Position numbers and translations under genes: made by a program. From Negaprion brevirostris (Eukaryota), in contig JARDVH010000193.1 of NCBI GenBank assembly GCA_030324005.1, positions 44,560,602 through 44,624,601 on the forward strand: 64,000 bases of DNA, in the 5' to 3' direction. Below, piece after piece: positions 1-12,505 of the stretch; within the stretch, counting starts at the first letter, position 1; the number at the start of each line of letters is the position of its first letter. Below the pieces are notes generated by a model that was not told the DNA's origin, ran no database searches, and was given only the letters and a program-made list of their open reading frames with translations.

Positions 1-792
1 GGATGCAGAGCTGGGCAAAAAAGTGGCAGATGGAGTTTAACCCTGATAAGCGCGAGGTGATTCATTTTGTTAGGACAAACTTGAATGTGGATTACAGGGT
101 CAACGGCAGGGTTCTGAGGAATGTGGAGAACAGAGAGATCTTGGAGTTCATATCCACAGATCTGTGAAGGTTGCCACTCAAATGGGTAGAGCTGTAAAGA
201 AGGCTTATAGTGTGTTAGCATTTATTAACAGGGGGTTTGAGCTTAAGAGCTGTGGGATTATGCTGCAACCATACCAGACCTCGGTGAGACCACATTTGGA
301 ATATTGTGCGCAGTTCTGGTCACCTCACTATAAGAAGGATGTGGAAACATTGGAGAGAGTGCAGAGGAGATTTACCAGGATACTGCCTAGTTTGGAGGAA
401 AGGGGGTCTTACAAGGAAAGGTTGAGGGAGCTGGGGCTTTTCTCTTTAGAGTGGAGGAGGATGAGAGGTAACTTAGTAGAGGATTATAAGATGATAAGGG
501 GGATAGATAGCGTGGATGTGCAGAGACTATTTCCTCGGGTGAATGTAGCAGTTACTAGGGTGCATTACTATAAAAGGTTCATGGTGGGAGATATAGGAGG
601 GATGTCCGAAGTAGATTCTTCAGTGTGGCGGGGGGTGGGGGGAAGGTGTGATGGAGTCAGACACTTCAGGAACTTTTAAGCGGTTATTGGATAGGCACTT
701 GGAGCACACCAGAATGATAGGGAGTGGGATAGCTCGGCACAACATTGAGGGCCAAAGGGCCTGTACTGTGCTGTACTGTTCTATGTTTCTAA
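1..792 (+). mobile_element. CR1 LINE, 3' portion (ORF2 C-terminus and tail)
   Basis: ORF 164-679 contains VRPHLEYCAQFWSPHYKKDVETLERVQRRFTR, the typical CR1 ORF2 C-terminus. Ends in tgtactgtgctgtactgttctatgtttcta. Confidence 0.93.
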
Positions 793-2634
793 GTGTTACT
801 GAGTATACTGAATATACAATATACTGAAAGACAGATCTCCTCTCTTAACAAACACTCGCAAATTACTAATACTGATGCTGACTTATACAATGAATACAGC
901 AAGGGCAAAAGTGAAATATTGTTTTTGAATTTTGGAAAGTTGGTGATCTTACTTCAAAACTTAATCTGCGTCCCAGACTAAATTCCCAATTTTTGTCACA
1001 ATCAATGTTGAGACCGTCAAAAAAACAGCAGCAGCGATTACCAAATGGCCACAATGAAAAATTTAACAGAACTTCACTTTATATGTTTAATTTGGGTCAG
1101 AGCAAAGTCAATATTATATATTATACAGTGGATACAGCAAAGTTAGATCTTGCTTTATTCCAAGGTTGTCATGTAATCTGTGGTGAAAATTCCATTACAA
1201 ATATGTCAACTGTGAGCTCACGTGTAGGCTATATCCAATATGTCCAAAGAACAGGCATGGGGATGAAACTATTATGAGGTTTGTAAGATTATCATGTTTT
1301 AGAACGGTTTAATGTGAAATGGAATACGGCCCACACAGCAGTCGTGGTCTCTGTTCTCCTATATGCATCAGAAAAATGGACAAGGTACAGTAGATATCTT
1401 CAACATCTGCTCCCATCAAGTGGAGGGTCCCAAGGTATGGAAAATGATCCACATTGTCCAGGGGCTCACAGTGGATCTTAATGACAGTTTTGGGACCTAC
1501 TCTGGGATCTGTCCAGTAAGACAGTCAGCCCAGGTGGCTTGGTTGTTAAAATGTAGAGAGCCCCGATTACCTTACAGGGCAGACAAAGAAAGATGGTCAG
1601 ACCTACAGAAAATGACAAAAGCATTCATAATAACATGTGGACTATTAGTTTTCAAGTCTCACAGTGCGGTGTTAAGATAGTCAGGCTTTATTATTTGTTA
1701 TACTCATTCTAAGACAGACAGAGGGTGCCGCTCATGTGACGCAATGTAGCTAGTCATTAGAACTTTTCATAGGACGATAGCCTCACTCTATTGTGTCAGT
1801 CAATTGCGTCAATGCTAGCTCTTCGGTAGATTTATCTTCTTAGCTCCACATACCCTTGCGTTCCCATAATTAACACAATAACCCGTTCAAACTATTCTCA
1901 CACAGTTTAAAATGAGTTCTTTTGATTCATTACTCACATGAAATAATTGAACAATGTAAATTCTAAAACATTTTCTTTAGTAGTTTCATCCCTTACTTTC
2001 TGAAAGGGGCTGAATTTTGCTGCGTATAGTTCCTAGCGTGGTAACAACCGCCTGACCTCATTCAGGGTAGTTGTTCTTTTATCCTTCCTATCCTCACTGG
2101 ATACCAATCACCTGAAGCCTGGTTGATTTTTCCAATCTGCAGATAATTGCAAGAAGTCAATAAACCTTGCGCAGAGTTGAAATGCAATTTTGCATGAATC
2201 ACTATATCAGAATGTGGCATTAACACTATTAATGAGATGGGCCAGACAGGATTGGAGTGGGGGTTAGTTGACACCTATGTTTCTAAAACAAACCTAACCA
2301 AGAAACCTTACTTCCTGTTGTTACATTTTGTCAACATTTATGTTTAGATGTGTAAAATACTATGGTCAGGATGTTCATGCTGGTAGGAGTTTCCCGTCCC
2401 ACTGTAGTGAACAGAGATTTGGGTGGGTGCCAAATTCTGTACCTTACTGCAGCGTGGCATGAGTTTGTGAACTTGTTATCATTAAATTGGAGCTCGCTTT
2501 TACTCAGTGTTTTCCAGTAATTTTTCATTTAAAATGATCTGATCTCCCATTTTTTTCTCAATTATTCTATATCCAAACTAAGTTTTGAACAAAATATATT
2601 TCTTCAAAAAACTTATTTTCTGCAATAACATATT

Positions 2635-3599
2635 TGTTATGATCACATGAGGACGGGCTGGATAGCTACTCTATTCCCCCTCATCGATTTACTACAACAG
2701 GGTTTTTTTCTGAAAACAGGATATGCTTGCCAATTCAGAGCATTTAACTGTAAACGTGGTAGTCGGAAAAGAACCAGATGGGTTTTCTTTTTGAGTTTTA
2801 ACAGAGGTTAACTTTATTACCGTATACTTAACCATGTCTTTAACAAAATATACTCCAACTTTTGCATACACACAAATACACTACAATGTGGGGAAGGATA
2901 GATTAGCAAAATTACAGTTACAAAGGGTATATGTTTGTGAAGATTGGTGACTTAGCTGGATTCAGGATGAACTTGGTGGTCTTGCGACTTTACCTCAAGT
3001 AATCCCGATGGTGGTTTAAGGATGTAGATGGCTGCTTTGACTATTTCCCCAGAGATGGTGATGCAGGGTTGATGTCTTTTAAGAAATCTGTCTGTAGCAA
3101 GGGTGATTGTGGGTGGTCATGTTGTGTAAAGAGAATTCAAAAGCTTGCAAGTGGTGCTGGAGCAGAAGGAAGGACCCCACTTGAGTGTTTTCTGATCAGC
3201 ATCACAGCTGCTTGCCCTCTTACTGCAATGGAAGCAGGAGTTTAAGCAGAAAGAGTGGGCCTGTTATATTACTGTCACCTAGTGATTCAAACATGGTAAT
3301 TACTAGTGTTTTCCCCTTGTAACCTAATCAATCCACTTCTGGAAACTCCCTGCTGAATAACGCATTTGATTTGTCACAATATCTTGCTAATGGGTACAAA
3401 ATACTTGGCTCGCACATTTTCCTTAAGTCATTGTCTTTGATAGGTCTGCAGACATGGTGCCTCCATCTCAGTGGATTGGAATGTAAAGGGTGCAGTGATG
3501 CAAATTTGGTAGCCATCTTTGTGTGCTTATGCCACACCTAATATCTGTTTATTTAAAGTTCAATTTGGGTCTACAACTGGATCTTTTTTTGGCATAACA
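2635..3599 (-). mobile_element. Probable solo LTR (~965 bp)
   Basis: Bounded by a perfect 7-bp inverted terminus TGTTATG...CATAACA. Minus-strand AATAAA ~180 nt from the left end. No coding capacity; TSD not clean. Confidence 0.6.
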
Positions 3600-4199
3600 A
3601 GTTTACATCACACCTTTACATCATACAGAATAAAGTGCAACTAGGTGAGCATTTCATTGTAAGGTTGTAATTTAAAACATCCATAAACAGACACAAATAT
3701 CATCTAAAACTCACTTATCAATCCTAACAGAGCATAGTTAAAAGAGTAAGTTTGAAACTTCTCATCACTTCTTTGGATGAGGCATAATAATATCATTTTT
3801 GGAGTGGTTCTCAGCATGTGCAGTGTACCTCAATTTCTAGAATGTATCAGTGTTGCTTAGCCAGCACATCAGGAAAACAATGGAGACAAGGGGTAAGAGG
3901 AAGCATGTGTGATGGGAAGGGAACTGTCATCCCAAATGCAGCCTAGGAACTGGTAGCTCCTCCATATCATACAGTCCACCATTTCTCACTGAAAAGGAAT
4001 GGAAGAACCAAGCGCACGGAGAGCACGGACGCAGATAAGGACAGCAAAAACAGAAGCCAAAGTGGAAGAAGAGAAATAAAGAAGCAGCAACATGAAGGCA
4101 GAAGACAGATAAGAAAGGGAGTACATTCTCCAATGTATCAATTGTTACGCCACAGGGGATTGACTGATTTTATTCATTATCACCTGACACAATACATGA

Positions 4200-5230
4200 C
4201 TTCACCAAATATTAGCAAATAGTGGCAGCAGAAAATGTTACTAACAAAATTGATAAAGGCGAGTCAATGGACACAGTATAATTGGATTTTCAGAAAGCTT
4301 TTGATACAATCCCACACAGGAGGTTAATTCACAAAATAAACGTACATAAGGCAATATGGTGGCATGGATTAGGGATTGGCTAACAGCAAAGAAAAAGTAC
4401 AAATAAATTATTGGGCTGGAGGACTGTGGCTAGTGGGATACCACAAGGTTGTGTTACAGCTGTTCACAATATATATCAATAGTTTGAATGTGGCAGCTAA
4501 ATGTAATATTTCCAAATTTGTGGATGATACAAAACGAGGTGGGAATGTGTGTTGTGAGGAAGGTGTAAAGTGGCTACTGGAGGATTTGGACAGACTTAGT
4601 GACTGGGCAAGAACATGACAGCTGGAATATACGGAAAAATGTCTGGTAATCCATTTTTGTAGAAGGATCAGATGTACAGAGTATTTTCTAAATGGTAAGA
4701 AATTATAAAGTGTACATGAACAAAGGGACCTGAGTGTCCTTGTCTATAAACGACTGAAGGCAAACAGCAGGTGTAGAAAGTTACTAGGAATGCTAGTCAT
4801 TATTGTGAAAGCATGAGTACAGTAGTAAAGACTTGCTTTAATTGCATAGGGGTTTAGTTAGACTGCACCTGGAGTGGTGTGTGCAGTTTTTGCCCTGTTA
4901 CCTGAGAAATGATATTATTGCAACAGAGGGAGTGCAACAAAGTTCATCAGACTTGTTCCAGGGATAGCATGACTGTCTCATGAAGAGAGATTGGGCAAAT
5001 TAGGTTTGTGTTCCATCCAGGTTTTTGAAGAATTAGAAGTGATTTCATTGAAACCTACAGCATAATTAAAAGGAATAGATAGGATTGATGCAGGTAAGAT
5101 GTTTCCCTTGGTTGGGGAGTTTAGAACCAAGGGACACAATTTCAAAATAAGGAGGCTGTCACTCAGGACCAAGATGAGGAGAAATTTCTTTACACAGAGG
5201 GTTGTGAATCTTTGGAATTCTCTGCCTTCC
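4200..5230 (+). mobile_element. Degenerate CR1 LINE (RT domain to C-terminus)
   Basis: LDFQKAFD-like motif at ~4280, ISKFVDDTK, and FFTQRVVNLWNSLP. Many stops and frameshifts. Confidence 0.9.
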
Positions 5231-5374
5231 GAAGGTTGTGGGCCAAGACTACTCCAGAGACTTAATCACATAATCCTGGTTGACGCTTCAATGCGTTACT
5301 GAAGAATGCTGTACTGTTGGAAACGACAGCCTTCTGGATAACATACTAAACTACCCTCTTAATTGTAAAGCCCC

Positions 5375-5941
5375 AAATCCCAAGTGTTGAAAGAGACCAG
5401 CCAACCCATGAAGTCCACAGCAACTCTCCAAAAGAGCAATCTCCCCAAGCCCTCTCCTTCACCCTATCCCCATACTCCCAGCATTTATCATGGTCAATCC
5501 ACCTAACCTCCAAGGGGACCTGTGTTCAATTCCTGGTTTCGGTCATAATCTATGAGGAGTCTGCATGTTCTCTCAATGCCTGCATGGGTTTCCTCCTGGT
5601 GCTCTGCTTTCCTCCTATGGTCCGAAAGACATGCTGGTTAGGGGTATTAGCCATGGTAAATTCTTCCTCAGCATACCCGAACAGCCACTGGAGTGCGGCG
5701 ACTAGGGGATTTTCACAGTAACTTCACATTGCAGTGTTAATGGAACCTACTTGTGACAATAATAAATAAACTTAAAAACTTTGAACTGTGGAAGGAAACC
5801 AGAGCACCCTGAGGAAACCCATGCAGACACAGGGAGAAGGCGCAAGCTCCACAAAGTCACCCAAAGGTGGAATCAAACCCAGGTCCTGCTGGAGATCCCT
5901 CTCTGAGGCAGCAATACTTACCACTGTACCACCATGATGGC
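5375..5941 (-). mobile_element. HE1-type V-SINE (minus), interrupted by a plus-strand SINE
   Basis: tRNA-derived head and V core at 5783-5941; CR1-like tail at 5375-5510. Confidence 0.8.
5513..5773 (+). mobile_element. V-SINE with alternative (non-CR1) tail
   Basis: V core gggtttcctcctggtgctctgctttcctcc, then the tail ttttcacagtaacttc...cttgtgacaataataaataaactt. Confidence 0.85.
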
Positions 5942-6029
5942 GTGTAGATACAATAGGTTCTGTGACATTATCTGAAAAATAGGGGAGTTCTGTCCCATGT
6001 CCTCGCCAATAGTTACAAGACAGATTCAT

Positions 6030-7000
6030 CAGAGTGTTATCAGGGCTTAAAGGGTTAGTTATGAAGGGATTGCATAGACTTGACTTTATTCCTTCAAGTT
6101 TAGACAATTAGCTTAGTTGGGTTTTTTAAAATAATTAATTGATTTGATAGGCCCAGTTTTGGCCATCAGACTTCTGGAAGGATGCAATGGTTCTTAAGAG
6201 GCTGCCAAGAAAATTACCAGAATGATTTCAGAGATCAGTGGTTTACCTACAAGGTTAGGATAGAGAAGCTGGGGCTGTTCCTTTACAGCAAAGTTGGTTG
6301 AGTGGAGATTTCATGAAGTTGTACAAGATTTTGACAAGTTTAGATAAAGGTAGACAAGGAAAAATTGTTTCCAGTTGTTGATGATACAAAGACTAGGGAC
6401 ACCAATTTAAGGTTTTGGGCAAGAGGCACAGGAGAATGAATCAAACAATCCTTACAGCACACAAGGAGGCCATTTGGCCCAATGAAACTGCACCAATAAC
6501 AATCCCATCCAGACCCTTACCCTGTAACTCCATGTATTTACCTTGCTAATCCCTTGACACTAAGGGGTAATTTAGCATGGCTAATCAACCTAACCTGCAC
6601 AGCTTTGGACTGTGGGAGGAAATGGAAACACCCGGAGGAAACCCAGGCAGACACGTGGGAGGAAGAATCTTTTTAAAATTGCAGTGGTAATGACCTGGAA
6701 CTCTTATGAGGGAGATGACTCTACAGTAGGGGAATCCATTAAAAGGGCATCTTAAAGTTAGAGCTAAGGAATCAGGGAGTATGTTATGCATACTGTATAA
6801 TGGTAATAAAGAACTTGCTCCCCAAATGGCAGTGGATGGTGAGTCAACTGAAATTTTCACAACTGAGATCATTAGATTTTATTTGCAGAGGATTTAAATG
6901 ATATGGAACAAATGCACGGAGTCGAGATACAGATCAACCATGATCTAACGACAAGGTGGAACAGGTTTCAGGGACAAAATTATCGCTTTACTAAGTTCCT
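6030..7000 (+). mobile_element. CR1 3' fragments, with a minus-strand V-SINE at ~6447-6662
   Basis: Degenerate CR1 C-terminal sequence on both sides of ggactgtgggaggaaatggaaacacccggaggaaacc. Confidence 0.75.
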
Positions 7001-7539
7001 ATAAGTGGAAGTGCATAGCTCCATTATGAATTAACTACTAGATAGATTTATCAAGAACAACCAATCATGAATAATTCATCCTTTCAATAAAATCCCCTGA
7101 ACTATTGTATTCACTCAGTCTGAAGTAAGTTCATCAGATATAGAATGACTTTCACACTCTAGAGCTTATGCCTTTCACCAAACCAGTCTCTTTTACTGAA
7201 GTTTTAGTCACTCCTCCTAATCTTTCTCCCCATGATCTGGTATTTCCTTTTCTAGTTCCCTTGCAAAATACTTTGAGGCATTTATAACTATTCATGAACT
7301 TTTAAAATGTAATCTGCAGTAGGAACACTATCAGCATTTCACAGGCAGTTGTTTGCTCTATGTCATTTGACCAATAACCATCACCACAGTTTAGTCTGAA
7401 GACATTGGACCTTGGCACAGATGATCCTTTTACATGTGTGCCTGGACAGTGACCTTTCATGAATTACTTCAAACATCCTGTAGTGGGTGAGCAGAAATTC
7501 CTCCCAAATATTAGAAAAATAAAAACCTTCAGTCCTTTA

Positions 7540-8240
7540 ACAGTTTCCTCGTGACCAATCCATCCCCCTCCCTGAAAGCTATCTGAATCTGACTCAGGAT
7601 GCTCGCAACTTTGGTGTCATATTTGACCCCGAGATGAGCTTCCAACCACACTTGAGAGGAAAAAGAGGCAGAGTGTTTAGAGAGCGAACTGCAGAGCAGA
7701 CTGACGGCCTCAACTGCTGCTGAAACCCTCATCCATGTCTTTGTTACCTTGAATTGACTATACCAACACACATGGCTTGTTGCCTACGTTCTATCCTTTA
7801 AACTTCAGGTCATCCACAACTGTTGCACCTCATGTTCTTAATTGTGCCAAATTTTGTTCACTCTTTTGGCTGACCTTTATTGACTCCTAGTTAAGTAATG
7901 AGTCAGTTTTGAAATTTTCATCCTTGTTTTGAAATCTATCCATGGCCTTGCCCATCCTATTGCTTGTAATCGCCTCCCATATCACAACCCGATGAGATAT
8001 CAAAGCTGATGTTAATTCCAGCCTCTTGAGCATCCTTGATGTTAAGCACTCAACTACTGGTAACCATACCTTTCATTTCCAAAGCGCTATGCTCTGGAAT
8101 TCCCTCTATAAGCACTGCCTCTTTTAAACTGCTCCTGGAAACCTAAATTTCCAACTAAGACTCTGGCCAGCTGTGACAATATCATCTTATGTGGCTTAGT
8201 ATGAAAATTAGCCTTAGCACACTTCTGGGAATGTTTTATT
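7540..8240 (+). mobile_element. L2 LINE 3' fragment
   Basis: cgcaactttggtgtcatatttgaccccgagatgagcttcc (RNFGVIFDPEMSF) and gctgctgaaaccctcatccatgtctttgttacc (AAETLIHVFVT) are typical L2 ORF2. Confidence 0.8.
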
Positions 8241-10097
8241 AAAGGCCATGGAGGGATGGTAAATCAAGAGTAAGAATTGTTAAATCAAGACTATTGCTAA
8301 CCAGGTCGGAAGCTGATGTATGATTTATGAATGAACAGAACTTGATGCCAATTAGGATATGGGCAACAGTTTTGGGTGGGTTCATGTTTAGGTAGGATAC
8401 TCAAAGAACCATATGTTCAATAGTGTTGCAGTCACTCAAATATGTACTGGGCTTCTATGTTTTCAAAACCTCAATTTACTTATATTTGAATTTGGATCTG
8501 TAATTCTTTAAGTTAGTATCTAAATAAGGTTAGGATAAGAAATTTTTGGTTGCTAAGGAGATAATATATAATAAACTCATTTGATATTAAGGACAACAGT
8601 TGGAGCAAAAGTCCAAATTCCATTCCATAAACGTTGCAATCTTGCAGTTTCCACTTTCTCTGTATCAAATAAGTGATGAACCAATGTGCACAGAGAACTG
8701 GGAGAGATAAGGTAGCAATAGAGTAGGAAATAGTAAGATATTAGGTGGGAGCAAAGAGGGAATGGAAAATATTTCTCTACATGTAATTGAATGCAATGAG
8801 TGAGGTAAATGAAGCTGGTGAGCTGCAAGTGCAGATATTAAGGTGGAAATATGATATTGTGGTGATAACAAAGACCTGGTCAAGGAAAGGATGGATTGAA
8901 TACTAAATATTTCAGACTACAAAGGTATTCAAAAAGATAGGAAGGAATGAAAGAAGGAGCAGCAATATTGATTAAAGGGAACATTTCTTGCAGGAGAAAG
9001 AGGATGTATCAGAGGGGTCAGGGACAGAATCCATCTGATTAGAATAACAAAACAGAGATACCATTACATTTCTGGGTGAATTGTATAGGCCATCATCTAC
9101 TGGGAAAGATGTACAGGAACAAACTTAAGGAAATTACAGAGATGCAAGTACTAGAGTTGTTATGATGGGAAACTTTGGGAACTGATTGGCCCCGATAAAC
9201 AGGCATCAAAAATTGGCAAGAAAACTGTAATGGAACTTTGCCCATAAAGAGGAGATAGTTTGGCTACTATTGAGGTACATTTCCATGAAGAGGAAAGGCA
9301 AGGCAAACAAATTCAGAGCTCTCTAGATGATGATAGAATAAGATGCAGCAGTAAAAGGGTGCATATAACAGATGTCATGTGGCTCACAATTAAAAAGCAA
9401 TTAAAAAGCAGGGCAAAGTAACAAATGAGAGAACGGGTATGAGAAGGAACAGACAGGTAACATAAAAGAGAATGCAACATCTACATACATAAAGATAATA
9501 AGAGTGGGGCCGACGATAGACCCAAAAGGGGATGAAAACATGGAGGTGGGGACATTGCTGAGATACCAAATAAATAATTTCATCCATCTTTATCAAGGAA
9601 GAAAATGCTGCCCAAGTCATAATGAAAGAGCGAGTAATGGAGGCACTCCTAAAAATTGATGAAAGTGAGGTATTAGGTAGGTTGCTGTTAAGTTACTAGA
9701 TTGGATAAGATACATCTAAGGATACATAGAAATTGCAGAGACACTGGCCTAATTTTCCAAATCTTCCTTAGATACAAGAGAGCATCACAGACCTGGAGAA
9801 CGGCAAATGTTGAAGAAAAGGCATAAAGACAAGCCCAACAACTACACGCCAGTCAGTTTAGCCTCAGTGCAGATGAAGATTTCCACAATGATAATTTGAG
9901 ACAAAACTAAGTCACTTCAGTGAATGTCCATGGGTGAATGTCCATTCAGGAAAGGTAGCACAGATCTGCAGTAAAATCATGCTGAACTAACCTGAGTTTT
10001 TTGGTGAAGTAGTGGAGGTTAGTTGCAGGTAATATGGTTGATGTGATGCACTTCCGAAAGGCACATGATCAAGTGCTACAAAAGAGGTTTGGAAGTA

Positions 10098-10339
10098 TTA
10101 TTATTATCACAAGTAGGCTTACATGAACACAATGAATTTACTGTGAAAATCTCGTTGCCTCACTCTGGCACCTGATCAGGTAGATGGAAAATTTAGCATG
10201 GCCAATGCACCTAACCAACACGTCTTTTGGACTGTGAGAGGAAATCGGAGTGCTTGGGAGGAAACCCACGCAGACACCAAGCCAGAAGTTGAACCCAAGT
10301 CCCTGGCGCTGAGGCAGCAGTACTAGCCACTGTGCCACC
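10098..10339 (-). mobile_element. V-SINE (alternative tail)
   Basis: tRNA head gtggcacagtggctagtactgctgcctcagcgccagggac on the minus strand, plus V core. Confidence 0.88.
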
Positions 10340-10532
10340 CCAGTAAAGTTAGAACACATGGAATATAAGGAACAGCGGCAGCATTGACTGAGTGACAGAA
10401 AGTAGAAGTGGTAAACGTCTGTTTTTTTGGAGTGGAGGAAAGTTTATGCTGGGGTTCCCCACAGGTTTGTGTTAGAACTCTTGCTTTTCTTTGCAGTTGT
10501 GCCCTGTACACCCAACTCTATTAATCCATTAG

Positions 10533-10880
10533 TGTGAGGTTATCCACTTGGCAGAAATAATAGTAGGAGGGATTACTATTTAAAGGGCGAAAAGCTGCAG
10601 CATGCTACGGTGCAGAGGGACCTGGGGGTCCTNNNNNNNNNNNNNNNNNNNNNNNNNNNNNNNNNNNNNNNNNNNNNNNNNNNNNNNNNNNNNNNNNNNN
10701 NNNNNNNNNNNNNNNNNNNNNNNNNNNNNNNNAGATAGGTTTTTGACAGACAAGGGAATTAAGGGTTATGGGGAGAAAGCGGGAAAGTGGAACTGATCCA
10801 CTTCAGATCTTATTGAATGGCAGGATAGGCTCGAAGGGCTAGATGGCCTACTCCTGCTCCTATTTCTTATGTTCTTATTC
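10533..10880 (+). mobile_element. Young CR1 insertion with a collapsed centre (100-N gap)
   Basis: CR1 ORF2 left of the gap. Intact 3' end ...ggcctactcctgctcctatttcttatgttctt right of the gap. Confidence 0.88.
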
Positions 10881-11537
10881 TTGGGCGTACAGGACACAAC
10901 TGCAAAATTTGAAGATGGCAAAAAATTTGTAAAGACTGAACAATGAACAATAGTGTTAAGTTTCAAGAATAAAAATTGACATGGATGAAATGGCTAGACA
11001 AGAGGAAAATGAAAAGTCATGCAAAGAAGTGTGAAGTGATTAATTTTGATAGGAAGAGTGAGGAATGTAAAATAAAGGATACAATTTTAGAAGAGATACA
11101 GAGTGACTTGAGGTATTTGTGCCTCATGGCAAGTTGAAAGCAAGGTTAACAAAATAAACGACATCGTAGGTTTTGAAAAAGCATGGAAATGATAAGTCAA
11201 CCTGTATAAGACATTGGTCTGGCCTCAATTGGAGTACTGCTTCTGAATACCACATTTTAGAATGATTAGAGAAAGTGTCATGAAAGATGATTAGAGAAAT
11301 TAGACAGGGTGCAGAAAAGGTTCATATTCCAGGGATGAGAAACTTCAGTTATGCGTATAGTTTGGAGAAGCTGGGTTTTCTCATTGAAGAGATAATTGTG
11401 AGGATACTTGATAGAGGTGCTCAAATCATAAGGGGTCTGGACAGAACAGAATCAGAGAGACTGTCGCCATTGGTGGAAGGACACAGAGTTCACTCATTTA
11501 AGGCTGCAGGAAAAAGGCAGGTGCATGGGATTAGAAT

Positions 11538-11817
11538 TTGAGAACCCCTACAATGCAGAAAGTGACCATTCCGCCCATGGAGCCTGCACCAATAACAATC
11601 TTACTCAGGTCCTGTCCCTGTAACTCCATATACCCTGCTAATCTCCCTGACACTAAAGGGCAATTTCCCATGGCCAATTCACCTAACCTTCACATCTTGG
11701 GACTGCGGGAGCACCCAGAGGAAACCGTGCAAACTTCATACAGTCTTCCGAGGCTGGAATTAAACCTGGGTCCCTGGCACTACGAGACATCAGTGCTAAC
11801 CATTGTGTCACCATGCT
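11538..11817 (-). mobile_element. HE1-type V-SINE
   Basis: tRNA head, partial V core and CR1-like tail on the minus strand. Confidence 0.85.
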
Positions 11818-11849
11818 GTTGTGAGTTATTGTTGAAGATAGCTGGCATT

Positions 11850-12026
11850 AACATAAGAACGTAAGAAATAGGAGCAGGAGTAGGCCATGTAGCCCTTCGA
11901 GCCTGCCCCGCCATTCAATAAGATCANNNNNNNNNNNNNNNNNNNNNNNNNNNNNNNNNNNNNNNNNNNNNNNNNNNNNNNNNNNNNNNNNNNNNNNNNN
12001 NNNNNNNNNNNNNNNNNNNNNNNNNN
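11850..12026 (-). mobile_element. Young CR1 3' end running into a gap
   Basis: acataagaacgtaagaaataggagcaggagtaggcc..., near-identical to the copies at 43685 and 60275. Confidence 0.88.
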
Positions 12027-12424
12027 GGTTTTTAACAGGTAATTTCTTATCTGTCTCTCTGCTCCTTCACTCGTCTGCTCCAGCACACAATGGAAGGCTT
12101 CACCGTGTGAGCATGACAGGCCAAATGGTTACAGCACAGAATGCAGCTATTCCGTAATTTGTAATTGAGCTAATTATTCTCTATTCTCCCATATTACTGA
12201 ATCACTTGAGCATAATTATGCAACATGTTTTGTCACCTGGGACTGTTGGGAGTACAGAAGAATCCTGCAAGTGAACAGTACACAGTAGGTCCAGCACATC
12301 TGAACATCTTCCAATTCATGTCTCTGATAATCCTACTACTTGTAATTAAATTAGCACCATAACTAAAAAACCTTGGAAATATATGAATGAACCAATTAGC
12401 CGTCATACTGAAATAGACATATAC

Positions 12425-12505
12425 ACTCAACGTTAAGTCCGTTTCTCTCTTCACAGATGCTGCCAGACCTGCTGAGTTTTTCCAACATTTTCTATTGTTA
12501 GTTCT
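12425..12505. repeat. Short Penelope-like terminal remnant
   Basis: ctctcttcacagatgctgccagacctgctgagtttttccaacattttct, same family as 38405-38575. Family assignment is from recollection. Confidence 0.55.

Larger units (their letters stand above)
5250..6015 (+). mobile_element. Deu-domain SINE (SacSINE1/AmnSINE1-like), split by nested V-SINEs
   Basis: actccagagacttaatcacataatcctggttgac... at 5250-5352 resembles the Deu core and resumes at ~5960-6015. Confidence 0.6.
8700..11520 (+). mobile_element. Old long CR1 LINE (endonuclease through C-terminus) with nested insertions
   Basis: YDIVVITKTW endonuclease motif at ~8850, NYTPVSL at ~9840 and FEDG (FADD-like) at ~10910. Contains a V-SINE and a young CR1. 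Confidence 0.8.

Noticed and set aside
164-679. 171-aa ORF as a host gene
   Set aside because: It is a truncated CR1 ORF2 C-terminus that drifts out of frame.
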